A stretch of 64,000 bases of DNA from Bugula neritina (lineage: Eukaryota; Animalia; Bryozoa): contig OZ037767.1 in NCBI GenBank assembly GCA_964035545.1, positions 9,930,581-9,994,580 of the forward strand, given 5' to 3'. Positions 1-11,800 of this stretch are shown in pieces (the stretch's first letter is position 1; each line of letters starts with the position of its first letter). The notes under the pieces are model-generated. The model searched no databases. It worked only from the letters and a program-made list of their open reading frames with translations, and was not told the origin of the DNA. A program made the position numbers and the translations under genes.

Positions 1-92
1 GCTGGTTGAAATTCTTTTGAGAATATAACTTCTTTTGCTAGATTTTTAATCTAGAACACAGGCTTTTCCCAATTTCTCAATCACTGCACCTA
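1..92 (+). mobile_element. MITE family B, 3' part cut by the window edge
   Basis: AGAACACAGGCTTTTCCCAATTTCTCAATCACTGCACCTA matches the right end of the copies at 838-945 and 20884-21040. Confidence 0.65.
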
Positions 93-589
93 CCTAATTT
101 TATTATGGGTACCTCAAACAGATGCTTATAAAAAAATTGTGCAAAAACTAATTACAAAGAGGTCCTAAGACCAAAATGATTAATAGTAGATATTAGGACT
201 TCCACAGTCTACAACTATTGAAATAAATACTACATATTAGTTGTAATATGAAACTTTTAAAGTATTTGGAACAGTCAAACCTAAAGATAGTATGATATAA
301 CATTTGACAGATAGTTATTTGACCTTTTCAACTTGGGACCTGCAGATTTTACTTGGCACTTTCATTGAGGTAAGTTTAGAGTTGTAGAAATTTGAAACTA
401 GCCATTAGTAAAATCTTGAAGATAAAGTGCAAGCTAGGAATCAGTTTAGCTCAGTAATAAAACGTCTCAACTGTGTGTTCTGTGTGTTTCAACTGAATCA
501 CTACAAGCTTTTGCTCCAAGAAACTGCAAGCTGCTAATGAGATACTCTTTGTACATGGAGGTAGTTTGTGAGGTCACATGATCTAGTAC

Positions 590-3562
590 CTGTAGAACTG
601 CACCAGATCTGGGGTTTATGACTCGGAGTTTTCTGTCCTTACAGCTAGTGGCAAACAGACTTCCGTTGTAGTTCCAAGATATGGAAAAGACTGTATTACT
701 GTGGCAGGAGATGACGTTTAGTGGTTGACTCAAACCCACGTCCCAAACAATACACTGAAATAAAAAAAATTCAACTAAACTATTTCCAGGCTTGACTTTC
801 AACGGAACCGCTTCCATTATAAGCAGATATTCCACATAAGGTGCAGTAGTAGAGAAATTTCAATAGCCTAAGTTCTTTAATTTCGGTTTTGCACACATTT
901 TTATTTCAAAACACAGGCTTTTCTCTGTCTCCATTACTGCACCTACTCCATAATTATTCCAATGGTTTTAGTTTAACAATCTAGTAGTCAAAGTTAGGGA
1001 GTATGCAGGGGCGCCCTGTACCCCACCGTGTATTGCTTGTTAGCTGAATGGTGCCGTGGTTGTGCATAGAATAGTCCAAAACTACTGCTAGTCTTTTCTT
1101 TAAAGCTAACGAATTTGAAGAAAGTTTTTCAATAATAGCATTGATTTTGAGGGCGTGTTTTGGTGAGAACTTTTGATATTCCATTCAACTGATTGTACAT
1201 TGCATACGAAAGGGCTACTAGTATACTCAAAAACCTACATAATACAAAAATACAGCTGGCAACTCTTGTTGTTTTCAGAAATATGAAAATGGTAGCATGT
1301 TTGTTCTACACACTACAGTAAGAGTTCTAGTTACAAATGCAGGAGTATGATAAAGACAAGACGAAACTCTGAATAAGATATCACGCTAGAATATTCTAGA
1401 AGATTTTAATATATCACATGTTGTTGTGGAAGTACAAACCAACTGCCGTACTCAACACTAACCCTGTAATCAAAGGCACAGCTAAGTAGTACATTCTCAG
1501 CACTTGGATGCCACTCGATATAGGTCACTTTTCTAGCATGACCTCGCAGTTCAAACACACATCTAGTCATGTTAGTACACAATCCTATCTCAGGAATTTC
1601 CCATACTTTGATCTGCAAGCAAAACAAACAAAGAGTTCTGCAAAAAACAGTACATAACGAAGTAGTCGACAATTACTAAAAACCAATCAGTGTATAGTTT
1701 GCAATCTCCTCAATAGTTAAAAATATAATCCACAGATTTGGAGATACCAGGAATGACAGAATTTTAGAATGAGTATATTTTATACTGCATACTGTCATAT
1801 CATCTGAGGCAGAAGCAATAACATGGTCGTCAAACGGGTTCCACTTGAGATCATTGATGGGTCCAGTGTGTCCACAGATCTTTGGTGCATTGACATCAAC
1901 TCTTCCAAGCTGAAACAACACTCAAATACATCAGGGAATGATTCTGGCAGACAAAGTAACACTGAAAGCAGAATTGCTACTAAATTTTAATAAAAGCAAT
2001 GGCAAATGTTGTAAGATTCACACCGCCACCAAGATTACTAATACTACCAGTACCACATTGAGTACTATCACTAGCACAACCGCCATATCTACCACTACTA
2101 AGAGTGTCGGGAGGAGCATTTGGGGAGTATCAGTTGTAGCAGCAAACATCTTAGATAATGTACGAAATTTTAATAATCTAAACTGTTGAAAATTTACAGA
2201 AATCAACTTTTTTTAAAACAAAATAGAATCTTAGCAATTCAGTGGTGGAAGTGCATCATTTGTGATCAGAAAAGCTGCCCTCCATATTGTCATTGTCATA
2301 GTATGCTCTTTAATAAGCTGAATTAATGTCAAAATAACCCATTCTCAAGTACCAATCAGTCATTTAATCAGAGTCATTGAATTACAACAAAAACAATTAC
2401 TTCAAATTTAAAATAGATCTAAATTACCACTTTCAGTTTCACATTACTTGGCTACTCACTCTCACCAGGATCAAAACTAACAACACACGTTGCCATGGTG
2501 ATAGAAATGCTACTTGGGCTAGTGCAATCGATTTGAATTCATGACTGAGTCAGTTTATTTTTACAGTGACTAGTTGAGTGATTGTTACAATACTGTTTAT
2601 AGTTACATTATAATGACAGTTTGTTATAAATATTGCATCACAGTTAGCTTGTGGAGTTATTCAAATTTTGTCATTTCTACATATTATTTCCTTCTTTAGA
2701 CCAAGCATTCCCACACATCTATCTGTAAACAACTGTCATAGTTGACCTAAATGTCCAGGCAGAGCATACTAATATATCACTCTGAAATGGCACAGGTAAT
2801 AATGGCACAGGTAATGATGGCACGAATGGCAATGTAGGTAAAAATGGCACATTTTCAATATATAGGTTTGGGGGTTGAGAAAATTTAACATCAGTGTACC
2901 AGTTTTACCTACTTGTCCATTTGTGCCATAATTACCTGTGCCATTTTTACCTAAAACCCTTTAAAATTGTACCACACCAGCACACCTAAACGAGAGCAAC
3001 TCAAGACAGAGAACAAAACATACCACGGCAGCTCCTGAAATAAGGCATAACAAGGTTATGCAGTGCAAATCAAAACCTGTTACTGTTGCTTTACTGGCCA
3101 TTTTTATATCCAAAATTCAAATACCAAAAATCCATCACACATATACAGATTCTCAATAAGATTCTACATTATACATTATTAAATCTCTTGATGCAGCACA
3201 ACATATGATAACACTGAATGCTGGATTGGGATGTGTCTACAAACACTGCCTTCAGAGACCCCAAACTTTGTGCTGCATCTAGCTATCCCCATATTATTAT
3301 GCTCACGTAACAAAGCCATAGTATGCTGCGTATGGGATGGTAAGTGTGAAATAGTAGATGAACTTACCTGATTGACGGAGTGGACTAGGAATGCTCCACC
3401 ACCCACCCCATCCAGCACCACAGCCAGAAACTTGGGGTTGACTGCTGCAAAGTTGCTGTCGTGTGCATTCTTAGTTATGGGGATGTTTTCATAGCAACTG
3501 TCTTTCCTGGTAGACTGGCCAAAGACATGCCGAAACTTATTAGTTGTGATTTTCAAAGGCAT
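590..3562 (-). CDS. CORO2: Coronin (type II / coronin-2-like WD40 actin regulator), first four coding exons; the gene continues beyond the left edge of the window
   Basis: Exons (minus) 3562-3368, 1909-1793, 1612-1463, 754-590, all phase 0 with GT-AG introns. Translation: MPLKITTNKFRHVFG...IPITKNAHDSNFAAVNPKFLAVV...GGGAFLV / LGRVDVNAPKICGHTGPINDLKWNPFDD / IKVWEIPE...LRGHARKVTYIEWHPSAENVLLS / CIVWD...CHSNTVFSISWNYNGSLFATSCKDRKLRVINPRSG. The PITKN.HD motif is coronin-2-like. The ATG directly follows an AG acceptor, so an upstream exon is implied. Confidence 0.93.
838..945 (+). mobile_element. MITE family B, internally deleted copy
   Basis: TIRs AGGTGCAGTAGTAGAGA ... TCTCCATTACTGCACCT; internal AATAGCCTAAGTTCTTTAATTT shared with the other copies. 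Confidence 0.7.
2786..2952. mobile_element. Short palindromic MITE-like element with reiterated subterminal motifs, in coronin intron 1
   Basis: The left side repeats AATGGCACAGGTA. The right side carries the reverse complement TACCTGTGCCATT / TTTGTGCCAT around a central spacer. Confidence 0.55.
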
Positions 3563-4566
3563 CTACAATAATACCAAAGGAGATTAGTAGCCAAGCTACA
3601 CATTTCTTGAAATTTCAGCTCAGCTTTATTCTTTGTTGACCTGTGAGGACAAACTACATCAAAGTCCTAAAAGTGTGGTCAATAATTACCATCAACTTGG
3701 CTTCTGAAGAGATTCAAACCATAAAACTGAGGTTTTACTGAATTCAAAACTCCTTATTCACTATCAACTTAATAGACTTGTCAGATACCAATATAACATT
3801 ACAGTTAACATAGACATAATAAACAATATATTCACCGGATAATTGAGCGTCAAAATAAAATGTAGGCAGTTTTTTTATTTTGAGTACTAAACAGCTACAC
3901 TTTTTAATTAAAATATTTTAGTGCTACTAGTTGAAGTGAAATACCAGTATTTATGTTCAACATAAAGCTATGACCTTTGTTCAACTAGTTATAGTCTAAT
4001 TACAACCTTTTCCAAACCATGAACTATTAATTTCAATTTTAAATAGCACAGACTGCCTTTACAAACAAGCAACTTGCCTACATTAGTTAGCATTTAGGGT
4101 AACATTCGAAAGAACAGCAAAAACAGCAGCAAACCAAAGTACTTGCTAAAACATCTTTCTATCAGTTTAATTCAAACTCAACTGCATTGGAGAATCACAA
4201 AGTCATTGGCAGATCAACAGCTTCTAGTCAAAACTGGTTAGGTAATGCTCTAAATAACCCGCAGAAATTCTTGTATAACCATTAGGTTTACAGCACTATT
4301 ATATTGCTACACGTTGTCAGCCAAAGGATTACTAACATAAAGGAAGGAATTGCTCTAAATCTTAGTTATAGCCAAGAAAACTGTTTGAAACAGCCATAAT
4401 ATTTTAAGGAATTCTTACTAAATGGGAATAAGCCATAATAAAACATTCCAGCAATTTTACTAATTAGTAACACAGCTGAATCACTATTTTAGTTTCCTAA
4501 ACGCTGAAAAATCAATATGAATACACACGCATCCTTTTGACTAATAACTATTGGTGTGATGCCAAC

Positions 4567-4693
4567 TATGTTAGCTATGCTACACGTTAGCTTACATAGC
4601 TAGCTGTGTTAGCTATGCCACACGTTAGCTTACGTAGCTAGCTGTGTTAGCTATGCCACACGTTAGCTTACGTAGCTAGCTGTGTTAGCTAGC
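4567..4693. repeat. 38-bp minisatellite, about 3.3 copies
   Basis: Unit TGTGTTAGCTATGCCACACGTTAGCTTACGTAGCTAGC. Confidence 0.85.
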
Positions 4694-7600
4694 ATGTAAC
4701 TCTGGTGGCAGTGGCATTCAACATTCTTGATCACTAATAAAAAGTTGTGCACAATCTCAAAGAAAGGAGAATATTGTGGGGAAAATATAGAAAGTTGACA
4801 ACAAAAAAGAGATGCATCAAGGGCTGAAGATGCACACAACATAATTATATAAACAGCTCAATCCATGATTTTCTACTTGGGAGAAAAGTCTAACGTGTTA
4901 AAACACCTGAGGATGCTCATTATGCAAGCATCACACCATGATTTGCATATTTATTGTACCATCAGCATAAATTTGTACCATAATTATATTTTTAGGTGAA
5001 TAGATTCACTAATGGCAGTTATATAATACTAATTGGTTATATGGGGAGAGGTTATGGGGACAGAAATCAGTAACTAACTACTATCTTAGAGATTCAGAAT
5101 TTGTATAAGCACACAGGGAAGTAAAATATGGTTGTATGCCTTACTTTTTCATTCTAACTTCTGGTATACTCATTAGTGAAATGCATTTTACCTGATGCAA
5201 ACATAAATTTCTTTACCATCATAATTTTTTAATCAATTGCAATCAGTCAGACTAAACAAAAAACAAGAAGCAGGCAGTGGCTGTATATCCAACAGCCACT
5301 GAAGTATCTGTTAGAGGTGTGTACCACCTGTTAATTGAATGTCATTATAAAGGCAGGCTTCACACATGTATTGAAAAAAATTCCTTGAAAGCAAAATGTG
5401 TTAGTGGAAGGCACAATGTAAGGTTACAAATACCTGAAGTCCTGAATGATACATCCTATGGACATCTATGTATTCCTATATTTCAGAGTATATTTGAAGT
5501 ATACAAAACCTAGCGTTGGGTAAAGCTTTCTAATGAATATATAATAGTAGTAGTAGTAGTAGTAGTAGCAGCGTACCTTAAAGCACACTCCACTATTACC
5601 AATCAAAGTTACTTTTATTAATTGTGGACTGCATAGACCTCAACCGTTCACAACACTAATAAGAACTAATGTCCCAGATGACTCGTTAGAATTTGGAATG
5701 GATTAAGATAAGATTAATAATTTATCGGATAATTTAGGATACATTTTACCAGAAGGCTTACGCCTAATAAATACTGACACTATGACAGGTAAGTAACTTA
5801 GAAGGCAATCTATATAATAAGGTATGCAGGCTTATCATGACAGCCTACAACAGGTGTTTAGTTTTGGAGTTTGAAATATAAATCTTAACTTATCTGAGAA
5901 ATAAAGTTAACAGTTCAATTAGATGAAGGGCCAAACTTAAACTTAGAAACTCCAGCTAAAAACATCTACACGGAATAATTCAAACACCATCAAAATCAGG
6001 TGCTATCATACTAAGCATCTAGTGCAAAAAAGAGATATTATAATCAACAGCTTTTATCCAATTTTAAACGTGTTTCCATAGTTCTAATAATTCCAAGACA
6101 AGTCTTTAAGTCCAATAGTCAATGCAGTTAATATTATAGACCACCCAAGAGCTTTCAAAACTAATGAAAATTAGTCATAGGTATTACCAAAACTTATTTT
6201 CAAAGTTTGGATTTATAAATAAGTGTAAAAGCTAATAGTTGCATTAATTAAACCAAGATAGAATACTTACATTTAAAGTGACACTGACAGAAGCTCTTGG
6301 ACAGCATCTGTATGGACACCAGTAGGAATGTTAGTATACTTCTAGTTGCAGGAAGCTAATTGTGAGTCATAGCTGTGCTAGTATAAGTTGTGAGCTGCAA
6401 AATGCCAGGTAAAAGTGCAAGTGAATATTCGAATAAACTGCAAACTTTTATAAAACATGCTCAAGATGTACAAATTACAAATTTGAGAACTTCGCAACTT
6501 TTACATGTAGCATAAGCATAAAATACTTTATTAATAAAGTTGGCCAGAAATTTTATTATTCATTTACTCTTACTCACTCAAACAGCTTTACTGCCTTTGA
6601 TAATGACACATTTACTTAAAAGTGAACTACCCCGCATGACTATAAAATAGGTCATTACTTATTAGTATTACTGACTCAACTAGAACTTGACTGGAATATT
6701 TACCTGTGAGCCATGACATGAATGAGCAAGACTAAGTATTCTTAAATTTAATAAACTTCACAAGTTTAAATGTATTACTATTAGTATCTAAGTTTTATAT
6801 TCTAAACTCAAACTTTTATTCAAAACACTACAGGTAAGCTAAAAGTCTAAAAGTAAATCTTAAACTAAAAGAAAGAAACTAAAGTGAACAACAATTCATT
6901 TTTACAAATGAACCATAAGGATAACCGACCTCAACTTATAATCATAATGGTAATCATAATGACAATTGGTATAATTATGAAATTCAATGTAAATATCACA
7001 ATCATATTTACAATCATAATGATAATGATCATTTCAATCATAACAAAAAGCATAATTATAATGATACCTAAATAGTAAATAATGATAATTATCAACCATT
7101 ATGCCTTATAATGATTATTAATTATCAATAACTAATAGGTATTAGTATAAAATTATTATCAAGTTCAACACTCACTGTCACACACATGAGGTGCTCTACT
7201 AACGTCATATGATGGTCAAGAGCGTTCTACCTCATCAGAGGTAATCAGAGGTAACAATATCACTTTAACAGTTTTAGGTTATGATAATTTAAATTATGAT
7301 CATAATCATCATGATGATAATCACAATCCTTAAAAAGTAATAATAATCATAGTGATAATGAAAATTAGCAAACATCAGTAATGACTAATGGCAATCAATA
7401 TAAATACCAATATGAATATGATAAAGTTAAACTAATACTAATAGTCATAGTGATACTGGTGAGTTAAACTTAGTGACACTGACAGTGACACTGGCCGTGA
7501 GTCATAATCATAATGATAATGAGTGATAATGATAATCAGTATCACAATGACAATGAATGAATAATTAAATTCAATGAACATCATTGATAGCTATATTAAG

Positions 7601-7699
7601 ATTATTCGTATTTCTAATTCTAAATAAAGCTTGTAATTGTGGTATTCTAACCTAATGGCTATTTTCGTCACAATAAACTCATTAAAAAAGGAAAAGTAT

Positions 7700-7940
7700 T
7701 GGCTTTAAGTTTAATGAAAAATCGATAATATTGTAATACTCATAGTAATCGTGATCGTTCTACATACAGCGAATAATCCCATCTAAAGTGAAAGTATTGA
7801 ATGTTTTATCGCATTTTGCGATAGCTTCCGATTAGGGATTTCCACTTGAAGGTTTTCCGACTCCACTTGAGAGTGGTCAACCTTTTACATAATTATTACT
7901 TATTTAGTTGCCATACTCTGCGTAACTTTTATTCTAATCA
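7700..7940. promoter_or_regulatory. Putative bidirectional promoter core for coronin and HAO1
   Basis: A non-repetitive, locally CpG-richer island between two divergent genes, flanked on both sides by periodic low-complexity tracts. Positional inference only. Confidence 0.3.
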
Positions 7941-8051
7941 AAGGTTATGTTATTATTATGATGAATACTTATAGTTATACCATAACTATAAGTCTAAAAT
8001 GAAGAGTATGATGCATGGCCTATTCAGTTTCATTGCAAAATAAAAATTAGT

Positions 8052-8318
8052 CAGTACTACTACTACTACTACTACTAGTACTAGTAGTAGTACAGGTACT
8101 ACGTCTACTAGTCTACTAAGTCTACTAGGTCTAGTACTACTAATACTACGTCTACTACTACTACTAGTAGTAGTACTAATACTAGTAGTAGTACTAATAC
8201 TAGTAGTAGTACCAGTAGTAGTACTACTACTAGTAGTAGTAGTACTAGTAGTGCTAGTGCCTAGTAGTAGTAGTAATACTACTACTAGAGTACTACTAGT
8301 AGTAGTAATACTACTCAC
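8052..8318. repeat. (ACT)n/(AGT)n trinucleotide tract with blocks in alternating orientation
   Basis: TACTACTAC runs interleaved with TAGTAGTAG runs. Confidence 0.85.
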
Positions 8319-8861
8319 TACTCAGAGTCAGTATGGCTATTACCATGAGTATCACTATCAAATTCAGTATAAGTATGCTATCACTAGTAGTATCACCATG
8401 AATATTAGTCATAGTAATAGTCTTACTATTATTATTATAATCATTTGCTGTTGAAATTTTGATATTCATTAATGAAAAAGCCTTTGACTTTGATATGATA
8501 GTGATAGCTCCATCTTTCTTCTACCAGTATCTGGGCTTGGGGGTTTTGGAGCTGGAAGTCAATCAAGACAAGTGACAGTGATATTCATAGTGATAGTAAT
8601 TTGCGGAACTTTACTCTTGTTTACTAAAATTATTCATGTTCAAAAGCCTTAGAGTTCAAAAACAGATTTTTAATTTAATTTTTAGCATTTGTGGCATTTA
8701 TAACAAACATTAGTTTAAGTTAAGAGCTCACACACGCACACACCTACACCCACACACACGCACACACGCACAAAGATTACATACATGTATATACTTTGTT
8801 TACATTGGGATGTTGTCTGCAAATTCTCCATTCTGTTTCAGAAAGCAAGATAATAGAAGAC

Positions 8862-11800
8862 ATGAGCTCATCTTCTCAACTAGTATGTGTAAATGATTAT
8901 GAAAAGAAAGCAATTAGCATATTGGATGCCAATGCTCGAGGTTACTACCAGTCCGGGGCTGATGATGAGCAGACACTGCATGATAATGTTGCTGACTTCA
9001 AAAAGTATGTCATGGAATGCGCAGAATTTCTGTCTTTGACGCATCACATTTACCTGTTAAATCACCTAAGTTATTTACTTTTGAGCTAATTTTTTGCTTT
9101 AGACTTCCCTAAATTACTTGCTTCCTTATTGGTCATGCTCTAACATGTGTTGCTCCTCCAAAGGTGGGAGCTAAGTTGACTAATAGACATTATGCATAAT
9201 GCTGTAAATGTAGTGTTGAGATTCTCCAGTAGCCTCTATAGTGTAATGGTTAGCACACTGGCTCGCAAGGCGGGGGTCTGAGGTTCGATCCCTGGTGGTG
9301 ACAGAAATTTTTACAGTAACTATTATTGACCTATATTTCGTTATACTTTTGTAAGGTGGAGAATACGCCCAAAGATGATGGTAGATGTGTCGAGGGTGAA
9401 TTTGCAGACCTCTCTCCTTGGAAGCAATATTGCTTTTCCTATTTGTATAGCACCAACCGCCAGCCAGAAGCTTGCCCACCCACAAGGAGAAATTGCCAGT
9501 GCTCTTGGTACTCTATTTTTACTTTCAATGGCGCAAGTCTGAAATTCAGGACTAAAATACTTAATTACAAGTGTTGAAGGATGGTAACTGGAATATAAAG
9601 ATGGAGCTAAACTATTTATCTATTAGCAATAATATATTTTATCTGAAACAATTTTACCTACACACTGCTATCTTAGACCAGGAGACACTTTAGCATGGTG
9701 CAGATATCGAGCCTTTTTGTTTCGTTAGGCTTTCCCTATTGGCTGTTATATTTAATAAGTGGAGTGAGGTGGTTGCACGTTCTAACTTCAATCCTAAAAT
9801 ATGGTTAACTCAGCAGCTGCGATTTTCATACTTTTTGTGGCCTCTCTGTGATTCACAAAGAAGTTGTTTGGCTAAACTGCAGTTTTGCAAATAGTTTTGT
9901 AATAATTTGCTTGTATATTTAACATTCATTTCAAAAACTTATATTATATGCTTGAACTTAAGCAAATAATATATACATACGTACATATGCACACACACAC
10001 AATACACACACGCACAGGCACGCGCACACACGCGCGCGCACGCACACACGCACACATACACACACACTCGCAAACACACGCACGCGCACACCTGCACACG
10101 CACACACATACACTATACAATGACTCATATTAACTTGTTTTGTGTCTTAAAGTTATGCATTAAAGTTTGTTTCAGCTGCCAAAGCAATGGATACGTGTTT
10201 TGTGTTGAGTACTTTGGCAACTACAAGTGCTCATTCGTTGGCGGAGTCTGTACCAAACAGTCTGAAATGGTATCAGCTGTACATCACTAAGTAAGTGTGT
10301 TATTCAGTGACTCATCTGTTATAAGTATGAGTGTTTAATCCAGTGACTCATCGGTTATAAGTGTAAATACAGTGCTCCCTCTATATCTCACGGTTTCTTT
10401 TCTCACAAAATTCTATAGGTAATGAAAAGGGCTTGGGCCCATGTTTTGTGGGTTATGTATGTGTGTATAGGAACAAAATGGCCGAATTTACTGGATCTGT
10501 GAGTTAAATCTGGTATTCTACTATGTCACCAATTAAGGTTTAGAGACCAGTAGCTTAGTGAGACACGGAGGGAGTACTGCATGTAATACCATGACTTATG
10601 TGTTGTAAGTGTAGTATATGAAGTTGTATATGTGGAATTTCGGTTAGTGTCGGTTGTTACTATGTTAACTTAAAATAAGTCGCCCGCCTCAGTTAAGATT
10701 TTGTGACTGGAATGTGAAAAAGTTTTACTTGGTAATTGTTTTTATAAATTTCAAAAATTAGAGGCAAACTTAGGTGCATTGCTTATAAATTATTTATTTT
10801 CTTTTCAATTATATTCATTAAAAGTTTTTTGATAAAAATTTAAAATCTGATGACATGCCAAATAAAATATTATTCATTGCTTTGCTTTTTATGGTTAATT
10901 GAATTTTGAGTTTGCATGGGTTTTTGCTAAACATTTGACCAGCCAAACCAGTAAAGTAAATTAACATTTACATGCAGTCGGCCAATGTATTTGTGTTCTC
11001 GATGAAAAATAATATGTAAAGGACAAAATTATGTTTCTGTTCAATTTCCAATTGGTTTGTTATAGACCCAAAACATTTTTCTTTTTAGAAATCGTAGTAT
11101 CGCTAAGGAGATGGTGAAACGAGCTGAAATGTATGGATATAAAGCGTTGGTTTTAACTGTAGACACCCCATTGCTAGGTACACGACGGGCTGATGTGAGA
11201 AACCGATATCGCCTACCTCCTCACTTGAGGTCTGTACCAGTCAGCCGAGTTCACTAACCATTCACTGTTTCTGATTGGTCTATTTCTGTCCGCCTTGTCT
11301 TGTCTTCTATACCAAAAGTGTAGGATATTTTTCATGTTTTGTTGTTTTAAATCTTTTTATTTTGAGCTTCAAGCATGTTGATTAATTCTAATCTCTTGTT
11401 TCTAAAATATTTTTCGAGTTTTAATTTTGTCATATAAGCACAACTAAGCGTTCACGTTTAGCCTTAACTCCATTTATAAAAAGTCAAATGTACTTTCTCG
11501 ATACATAAAATTGTCCTCCTTTTTCCTAAATTTAAAATCTTAGGTTTAATACTACATCTTGTTGCCCAGTTTATACACGATGCACTTATTTCTGACAGTG
11601 GGCCTTTGTGGTAGTTGTCTTCTCTTGGTGCAGTAATTGTATCTGGATACTAAACGCACTTGGTCACCCTGCACAGCTGGTTGGCTACAGCTTGCTCTCA
11701 GATGTATTTAAAATATGCAAAATAATTATTCAGCATTTTCAAAACACTGCTATTAACACCAACATTCGTTTCAACTCAATTCACAGAAGATATTCCCATG

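Noticed and set aside
6884-8454. Hydrophobic or Thr/Ser-rich ORFs (6884-7075, 7986-8318, 8251-8454)
   Set aside because: They are by-products of the 3/6-periodic low-complexity tracts, with no splice or homology support.
9232-9302. Functional tRNA gene
   Set aside because: A and B boxes are present but the T and anticodon stems are mismatched, and a diverged second copy exists. Treated as a tRNA-derived repeat.
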